52,631 nucleotides of DNA, from positions 1 to 52,631 of the forward strand of contig PHDH01000005.1 of the NCBI GenBank assembly GCA_002840935.1, read 5' to 3'. The stretch comes from Bacteroidetes bacterium HGW-Bacteroidetes-21 (GTDB taxonomy: Bacteria > Bacteroidota > Bacteroidia > Bacteroidales > GWA2-32-17). The number at the start of each line of letters is the position of its first letter. The stretch's first letter is position 1. Below, piece by piece: positions 46,594 through 52,631 of this stretch. The position numbers and the translations under genes are program-made. The notes below the pieces were generated by a model. That model was not told the origin of the DNA. It was given only the letters and a program-made list of their open reading frames with translations, and did not search any database.

Positions 46594-49500
46594 ATGAGAT
46601 TATTATTGATATTTATATTATGCCTTCCATTGTTGGGAAAAGCACAGGTAGATGCAAACTTCACTGTCAATGTCAGTTCGGGTTGCGTCCCTCTCATGGT
46701 GACATTTACAAACAATAGCACTGGCACAGGAACATTAAATTATACATGGAATTTCGGAAACGGTCAGACATCTACATTAGAAGATCCCTGGGCAATAAAT
46801 TATCTTACTTCGGGCACTTACAATGTAACACTTACCGTAAGTAATGGAACAAGTACCGACACACAAAGCCAGACAATACTCGTATTTGCTAAGCCCACCG
46901 CATTATTTTCCTTCACGGGTACTACAGAAGGCTGTGTTCCACTAACAGTTAGCTTTTCAGACAATTCAACCTTAGGTTATGCCCCCATTGAAACATGGAG
47001 TTGGGAATTCGGTAACGGTGACTTTTCAAATCAGCAAAATCCACAGTACACTTATACAACCTCAGGAATTTTCGGCGTACTTCTACAGGTAACCGACACA
47101 AATGGTTGTACTGCCAATGTTTTAATAGACCCCGTTGTCAGAGCCTCTAACAAACCTATTATTCAAGCAACAGCAGCTCCTTCTAACGATTGTGTCGTCC
47201 CATTGAATGTTCAGTTTACAAATAACTCCTCAGGAGTAAGTCCAATGCAATATACATGGGATTTCGGCGATGGGAATTCGTCCACTTCACAAAATCCAGC
47301 CAACACTTATACCCAACTTGGCGTTTATAATGTTGGTGTAACGGTAACTGACGCCTATGGCTGTGCTGCCGATACTGTAATCAACGGCATGGTTGACATT
47401 ACTGGCGTCAACGCTTCTTTTACAACTAACAATGGAGGTTTAACCGCCTGTGCAAATCAAACTTTTCAGTTTACCAATACTTCTGGAAATGCATTGGCAT
47501 ACTGGACCTTTGGCACCGGAGCTACCAGTACTCAAACCAACCCCTGGATGATTTATTCTACGCCCGGAACCTATAATGTTACTTTAATTGCTGGCTATGG
47601 TACAAGTTGTGCTGATACTATCACGCAGCAAATTATTGTACAGGACGTTAACGCAACGGTTGCCGTTAATCCAGCTTCAGCTTATAGTTGTGAAATACCG
47701 ACAACATTTCAATATTCTTACACTGGAAGCACTACAATAACTGACTATAATTGGATACTTGAAGTCTCAGGTGGAACATTTGTTACTGTTACTACGCCAG
47801 GAGCAACTTTACCATACACTTCAAATGGAACATATAGTTACACCTTAATTGTAACAAGCACTAGCGGATGCAGAGATACAGTCTCTGGTCAGGTTTTAAT
47901 TGATGCTATAAATGCCGACTTTTCTCCAGATGTACTTGGAGGATGTATTCCGATAGATATCAATTTCACCGACAATAGTTATTCTCACGAGCCCATCACC
48001 TCTTGGACTTGGGACTTTGGAGATGGAACTGCTGGTTCAACATCGCAAAATCCCGTACATACTTATACTCAGGTAGGAGAATATACTGTTTCACTTACCG
48101 TTGTAAATAGCGCCGGCTGCACGGATGATTTTATCCTGGACTTAGAAGTAGGAGAGCATCAACAACTTGACTTTACCATCTCTACCGATACAACCTGCGC
48201 TCAGGATACCGTTTATTTTACAAACCTTACTGTAGACAACAGCTTAATAGACGATTGGATATGGGATTTTGGCGACGATCAATTTGAACCTGAATGGGTC
48301 TTTGATCAAGATACAGGTTGGACTGATATTACTTTAATCACAAACTATAATGGTTGCCGCGACACACTTACAATTGACAGTATATTATACGTAAAAGGCC
48401 CTGTTATATACTCTATTAATTCAACCATGTCCTGCGACAGTACTTATTTCAGACATTTACGTGTTAATTTGGCAGATGCCGAATACTGGGAATGGTATTT
48501 AGGTGACGGGACGGAATTTTTAAACTCAACCGACAGCACCTTATTACACGAATATAGCACAACTGGAGGATATTGGGTTAAAGTTTATGCTTATAACAAC
48601 TCTAATGGGTGTATTTTTAAAGATTCTATAAATATTCTGATAACAGATATTTACGCTGAAATGACGCCTGTTACAGACACCATTTGTTATGGAGCAAACG
48701 TAACATTTTCTTCTACTCCTTCTGTGGATGATGAATGGAGACAATGGACTGGAAATGGATTAATAAACAGCACCTCACCAACAGATCTTTATATCAATTT
48801 TAATACAGGAGCCTGTAACACAACCGGCGTTTTGCCCATACAACTTATTGCACAAGACATCTACGGTTGTGCGGATACTGCCACTGCAGAGATTACAGTC
48901 TCCCGCCCAATTGTCGACTTTGTTGCAGACACATTAATAGGTTGTGCGCCATTTGGTGTCGAATTAATCAGTCAATCTACTTCAAATATGGGTATTTTTA
49001 GTTGTTCCTGGAACTTTACTGATGGGACTGCGACTGTAGTTGAAGATACCGTTCATCACACATTTGCTAATGCGGGCAACTTTACTATTGTATTAACGGT
49101 AGTCGATTCAATAGGATGTGTTAACTCACTTACAAAACCACAATACATACATGTTCAAAGTGTAAATGCAAATGTTCATGCACTCGACCCCATTGTTTGT
49201 TTAGGAACTCCCGTTCAATTATTCAACTGGTCTACTGGAACACAACTTACCTACGAATGGGATTTTGGAAACGGAACCGGGTCAACGCTTTTCGAACCAC
49301 AAGTAACATACTCGCAACCCGGATTATATACCGTTTCACTGATTGCAACAGACAACCTTGGATGCACAGACACCATTATTCAGAATAACTTTGTAGAGAT
49401 TCAAGTTGCTATTGCACAATTTCAAATATCTCAAACAGACACAAATTGTTATCCTTTCCGACCAATATTGACAAACGAAAGTCCTTCAGGGTTTAATCCT

Positions 49501-50925
49501 GTATATGAATGGGACTTTGGTGATGGTTTTGTCTCTTCCAGTCATACACCTTCTCACACTTATTCAATGCCAGGCGATTACTGGCTTACATATCAGATAA
49601 CAACATCAGAAAACTGTTCTGATAAAGATTCTGTAGAGATACATGTTGGCGGACCTTTTGCCAATATTGCTGTCAGTGATACTTTAATATGTAAAAGCGA
49701 TGAAGTGAGTTTTAATCTGACCGATTCTCTTAATATACAGTCGGTGAACTGGAATTTTGGCGATGGCGCTGGTTCGGGCGATTTCTCAACAAGTCACAGT
49801 TATACCTATGTTCCGCCCGACGGAGAATTTTATATCTCACTTATTTATTGCTCCGACCCTACTTGCTGCTTACCTGCATTGGCAGATACAGTGAAAGTAC
49901 AAGAAGTAATTGCAGGATTTGAAATTGTAGATGCTGTAACTATGTTACCAGACATTGAAAATTGCTCTCCATTTACGCTTACCTTTCCCAACACATCCAT
50001 TGGATTCACATCTTCTTCATGGGATTTAGGGAACGGACAGATATATACCGGAAATACACCGGCTAATATTATTTACGAAAATCCAAATTCTATAGACCAG
50101 ACATTCACCATTACATTGGCTATTGAAAATGATTTGGGCTGCGTAGATACTTTGAGTCAGAATATTACTGTTTGGGGAACACCGCCCCTGGTACTAAGTA
50201 ATGATACCATGATTTGCCTGGGCGATGAGGCGCAATTACATGCTTATGGCGGCAATATCATTATCTGGGCACCTAATGTTTCTTTAGATGATCCAAATAG
50301 TTACAATCCTATTGCTCAGCCTACCAGCGACATTCAGTATCACGCAATAATATACGACAGCCGGGGATGCTATAATTCGGACTCCATGTGGGTACATATT
50401 CAACAAATACCCGAGTTGTCATATAATAACGATACAACAATAATTATTGGCGAAACGGTAAATATGTTTGCATTAACCGACCAGAATGGAACTGTTATTT
50501 CATGGTCGCCTTCTTATGGCCTAACATGCACAGGTTGTCAATATCCTATTGCCCGACCCATGGAATCAACAGCATATCAGGTTTTACTTCAAGATAGTTT
50601 GGGCTGTTTCGAGATCACTGGCAACGTATATATTACTGTCAAAGAAGAATACTCGGTAGATCTGCCTACTGTTTTCACCCCTAATGGAGACGGATCCAAC
50701 GATCGTGTTTTTGTACGCGGATGGGGGATCATGAAACTTTTGGAATACAGTATTTATAACCGCTGGGGAGAAAGAATATATTTCTCGGACGATATTTATG
50801 AAGGTTGGGATGGTACTTTTAACGGGAAAAAGCAGAATGCAGACACCTATACCTATTATGTAAAGGTTCAGACATACAGTGAGAAAGTTCTAGAGAAAAA
50901 AGGAAATATTACTCTCTTACGTTAA
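46594..50925 (+). CDS. PKD-repeat giant surface protein (1443 aa) with a T9SS type-B sorting domain
   Basis: Signal peptide MRLLLIFILCLPLLGKAQ. About 13-14 PKD-type modules with W.(F/L)G(D/N)G cores (YTWNFGNGQTS, WSWEFGNGDFS, YTWDFGDGNSS, WTWDFGDGTAG, YEWDFGNGTGS, YEWDFGDGFVS, VNWNFGDGAGS...). C-terminus: LPTVFTPNGDGSNDRVFV...IYNRWGERIYF...GWDGTFNGKKQNADTYTYYVKV...ITLLR. Confidence 0.9.
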   Translation: MRLLLIFILCLPLLGKAQVDANFTVNVSSGCVPLMVTFTNNSTGTGTLNYTWNFGNGQTSTLEDPWAINYLTSGTYNVTLTVSNGTSTDTQSQTILVFAKPTALFSFTGTTEGCVPLTVSFSDNSTLGYAPIETWSWEFGNGDFSNQQNPQYTYTTSGIFGVLLQVTDTNGCTANVLIDPVVRASNKPIIQATAAPSNDCVVPLNVQFTNNSSGVSPMQYTWDFGDGNSSTSQNPANTYTQLGVYNVGVTVTDAYGCAADTVINGMVDITGVNASFTTNNGGLTACANQTFQFTNTSGNALAYWTFGTGATSTQTNPWMIYSTPGTYNVTLIAGYGTSCADTITQQIIVQDVNATVAVNPASAYSCEIPTTFQYSYTGSTTITDYNWILEVSGGTFVTVTTPGATLPYTSNGTYSYTLIVTSTSGCRDTVSGQVLIDAINADFSPDVLGGCIPIDINFTDNSYSHEPITSWTWDFGDGTAGSTSQNPVHTYTQVGEYTVSLTVVNSAGCTDDFILDLEVGEHQQLDFTISTDTTCAQDTVYFTNLTVDNSLIDDWIWDFGDDQFEPEWVFDQDTGWTDITLITNYNGCRDTLTIDSILYVKGPVIYSINSTMSCDSTYFRHLRVNLADAEYWEWYLGDGTEFLNSTDSTLLHEYSTTGGYWVKVYAYNNSNGCIFKDSINILITDIYAEMTPVTDTICYGANVTFSSTPSVDDEWRQWTGNGLINSTSPTDLYINFNTGACNTTGVLPIQLIAQDIYGCADTATAEITVSRPIVDFVADTLIGCAPFGVELISQSTSNMGIFSCSWNFTDGTATVVEDTVHHTFANAGNFTIVLTVVDSIGCVNSLTKPQYIHVQSVNANVHALDPIVCLGTPVQLFNWSTGTQLTYEWDFGNGTGSTLFEPQVTYSQPGLYTVSLIATDNLGCTDTIIQNNFVEIQVAIAQFQISQTDTNCYPFRPILTNESPSGFNPVYEWDFGDGFVSSSHTPSHTYSMPGDYWLTYQITTSENCSDKDSVEIHVGGPFANIAVSDTLICKSDEVSFNLTDSLNIQSVNWNFGDGAGSGDFSTSHSYTYVPPDGEFYISLIYCSDPTCCLPALADTVKVQEVIAGFEIVDAVTMLPDIENCSPFTLTFPNTSIGFTSSSWDLGNGQIYTGNTPANIIYENPNSIDQTFTITLAIENDLGCVDTLSQNITVWGTPPLVLSNDTMICLGDEAQLHAYGGNIIIWAPNVSLDDPNSYNPIAQPTSDIQYHAIIYDSRGCYNSDSMWVHIQQIPELSYNNDTTIIIGETVNMFALTDQNGTVISWSPSYGLTCTGCQYPIARPMESTAYQVLLQDSLGCFEITGNVYITVKEEYSVDLPTVFTPNGDGSNDRVFVRGWGIMKLLEYSIYNRWGERIYFSDDIYEGWDGTFNGKKQNADTYTYYVKVQTYSEKVLEKKGNITLLR
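46648..50175 (+). repeat. Array of about 13-14 PKD-type protein modules (about 80-90 aa each)
   Basis: Recurring ..GC.PL.V.F.D.S........W.FGDG..S....P.H.Y...G.Y.V.L.V....GC.D pattern across the gene. The copies are diverged at the DNA level. Confidence 0.8.
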
Positions 50926-50944
50926 AAATTCAATTGTTTTATTT

Positions 50945-51367
50945 ATGGAATTCAGGAAGCATCCAAAACGTGTTGTCAGGCATTTTTTAGGCGCACCCAT
51001 TATCTATAGCATTGTTATACCCGTCGTTTTGCTGGATCTCTGGGTCGAAATCTATCATCGCAGCTGTTTCCCAATATATGGACTGCCTTATGTAAAGCGA
51101 CGTTCATATATAAAAATCGACCGGCAGAAACTAAAATATCTGAGTTTTACCGAGAAGGTTAACTGCATGTACTGTGGCTATATGAACGGATTTCTTCATT
51201 ATGCAGTAGTAATTGCCGGTGAAACAGAAAAATACTGGTGTGGTATTAAGCACAAAGCCGAAAAAGATTTTCATGCCCCACCTCACCACGATACATTTAT
51301 GGAATACGGTGATCAGGAAGCCTATTTGCAAGTAGTACCCGAAAAAAGCAAAAACGCACCTCAATAA
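50945..51367 (+). CDS. Conserved hypothetical membrane protein with Cys motifs (140 aa)
   Basis: One clear TM segment (APIIYSIVIPVVLLDLWVEIY), then YIKIDRQKLKYL...NCMYCGYMNGFLHYAVVIAGETEKYWCGIKH. I recall similar sequences annotated only as hypothetical in many bacteria, but cannot name the family. Confidence 0.6.
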   Translation: MEFRKHPKRVVRHFLGAPIIYSIVIPVVLLDLWVEIYHRSCFPIYGLPYVKRRSYIKIDRQKLKYLSFTEKVNCMYCGYMNGFLHYAVVIAGETEKYWCGIKHKAEKDFHAPPHHDTFMEYGDQEAYLQVVPEKSKNAPQ

Positions 51368-51378
51368 GAAGTGCGTTT
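51352..51378 (-). terminator. Hairpin terminator for the minus-strand 284-aa gene, overlapping the stop codon of the plus-strand 140-aa gene
   Basis: AAACGCAC (51352-51359), 11-nt loop, GTGCGTTT (51371-51378) form a perfect 8-bp stem. On the minus strand it is followed by TTGCTTTTTTC. On the plus strand there is no T-tract. The TAA of the 140-aa gene (51365-51367) sits in the loop. Confidence 0.45.
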
Positions 51379-51405
51379 CGGGAATGTAATTATATATCAG
51401 GTGCT

Positions 51406-52233
51406 TTAAAAAGCCAGGTGTATTCCGGCACTCCAGGGATAAAGCTCGGGGCCTTCGTTGGTCTTAAATAAACTGGATAAGGAATAGTTTACATAAACAC
51501 CCACTGATCCATAACCAATCTGACCAGTAAGTCCGTATCTGAACCAGTTCATATGATAATCGCCACGAGATTTTTCCTTTATATCATTGTCTTTGTATTC
51601 GCTAACCAACTTGGTATGGCTGCCAATTCTAACAGCTCCCAGCAGACCAACACCCAAATTAATACTTTTATCATGTGTAGGCACATTGAATTCAAGAACT
51701 AATGGAACAGTAAGCCATGTAACAGCTAATTTATTTTTCTTATAATTAGTCATTGTATCGGTATAGGAATACAATTTTGCTGAATCGTTTATGAGAATTA
51801 CATTGTTTGCTAAACGATAATTGTCGAATTCCAACCCCAAACCTGTGGCAAGACCTACATACTTTTTAAATATTGGGATATTTGTCTCAATAAGATTTAA
51901 TGAAACTGACCACGATTTCCCCTGATTCAAATCTAAATAATTATCGACAGTCAATGGTTTAAATTCGTTGGCATTATTAAGGTATCCATTCAATCCGATT
52001 CCAATACCACCCCAATGCGAATTAAATTTCTTTTCATCACAATCATCATTGTCTTCATTTTCTCCATTTTCAGGATCGGTATTATTTAATACCACGGTGT
52101 CTGTTGTACCTGTCGTTTTGTCAGTTAAAATGAGAATTTTACTTTTACCAAAATCAAGTTTGGTTGTGTCGTACTGAGCATTTGCGATGAGCGCGGTCAG
52201 TAGGATGGCGAATGTAACATACATTGTTTTCAT
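51406..52233 (-). CDS. Outer-membrane beta-barrel protein (porin-family-like)
   Basis: Signal peptide MKTMYVTFAILLTALIANAQ; an alternative start at 52260 adds MFRNLKQKN. It has alternating beta-strand-like segments and a C-terminal aromatic residue (..SAGIHLAF). An acidic insert reads DPENGENEDNDDCDEKK. Confidence 0.7.
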   Translation of the reverse strand: MKTMYVTFAILLTALIANAQYDTTKLDFGKSKILILTDKTTGTTDTVVLNNTDPENGENEDNDDCDEKKFNSHWGGIGIGLNGYLNNANEFKPLTVDNYLDLNQGKSWSVSLNLIETNIPIFKKYVGLATGLGLEFDNYRLANNVILINDSAKLYSYTDTMTNYKKNKLAVTWLTVPLVLEFNVPTHDKSINLGVGLLGAVRIGSHTKLVSEYKDNDIKEKSRGDYHMNWFRYGLTGQIGYGSVGVYVNYSLSSLFKTNEGPELYPWSAGIHLAF

Positions 52234-52339
52234 ATTCTTTTGTTTTAAATTTCTGAACATAGGACGGCCTGAGGTTAAAAAATGTTACAGTTTTATTAAA
52301 AATATTTTTATGATTTATTTAAAGCGCTGTTATTCTGTG

Positions 52340-52347
52340 TATTTTTG
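52340..52347 (+). promoter_or_regulatory. Putative -7 promoter box (TATTTTTG) upstream of the 61-aa ORF
   Basis: Exact TAnnTTTG match 24 nt upstream of ATG 52371. Confidence 0.3.
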
Positions 52348-52370
52348 CACGATAAAATAAAATCTTTTCC

Positions 52371-52556
52371 ATGCCATCATTCAAAAACCTGGTAAGATCG
52401 CAGCCCGATGAAGACGTTTTTGAAATTCTTTTGAAACCTTTCTTATATAATAAGGAACATTATAAAGCAGCATTAAGGGAAGCTAGGAAAAGGGATTTGC
52501 TGACAAATAAAGAAAGCAAAGAAGTTGAAATGGGAAATACCCTAATAATTAAGTAG
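52371..52556 (+). CDS. Small hypothetical protein (61 aa)
   Basis: An ORF with a correctly spaced -7 box upstream. The sequence is charged and helical-looking. There is no other support. Confidence 0.35.
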   Translation: MPSFKNLVRSQPDEDVFEILLKPFLYNKEHYKAALREARKRDLLTNKESKEVEMGNTLIIK

Positions 52557-52631
52557 TCGGCCCTTAAAAACACTACAACACACTTATTAACAGATATTTG
52601 CTCGTAACTTTATTTGGTTAGATTTGCAAGT

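Overview
This 52.6-kb window looks like a Bacteroidota chromosomal segment. The evidence is TAnnTTTG -7 promoter boxes, no obvious Shine-Dalgarno use, and many type IX secretion (T9SS) C-terminal sorting domains. GC is about 40% by eye. I could not identify genus or species from the sequence.

I call 32 protein-coding genes. I found no rRNA, tRNA, CRISPR array, transposase or integrase.

Ordinary housekeeping genes are present: prfB 3' end, UDP-glucuronate 4-epimerase, ltaE, fumC, a NamZ-like DUF1343 gene, a DegT-family aminotransferase, mtgA, mutS and gcvH. These are interleaved with very large secreted or cell-surface proteins.

Seven genes carry recognisable T9SS sorting domains and together occupy about 26.3 kb, roughly half the window.
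- Three carry type-B 'gliding-motility C-terminal' domains: 868..6909, 38379..42485 and 46594..50925.
- Four carry type-A domains: 16608..18020, 21012..27323, 27495..29567 and 36291..38360.
- Only the first type-B cargo, a SprB-repeat giant, has a PorP/SprF partner gene, which overlaps its stop codon.

The best candidate for an undescribed system is the mirror-image divergent locus at 13839..27323. Two operons diverge from a 337-bp AT-rich spacer. Each pairs a large signal-peptide protein lacking any T9SS sorting domain with a T9SS type-A protein. The domain-less proteins are an 809-aa tail-fibre-like protein and an 868-aa protein. The two type-A proteins appear to share a paralogous C-terminal cassette.

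Other points worth a second look:
- A perfect 16-bp-stem hairpin lies inside the ORF6N gene.
- mutS has an apparent in-frame loss of about 10 universally conserved residues in the mismatch-binding domain.
- A UpxY-like antiterminator has no polysaccharide locus downstream.
- Two type-B cargo genes have no adjacent PorP/SprF gene.

All family assignments come from reading motifs by eye. No searches were run.
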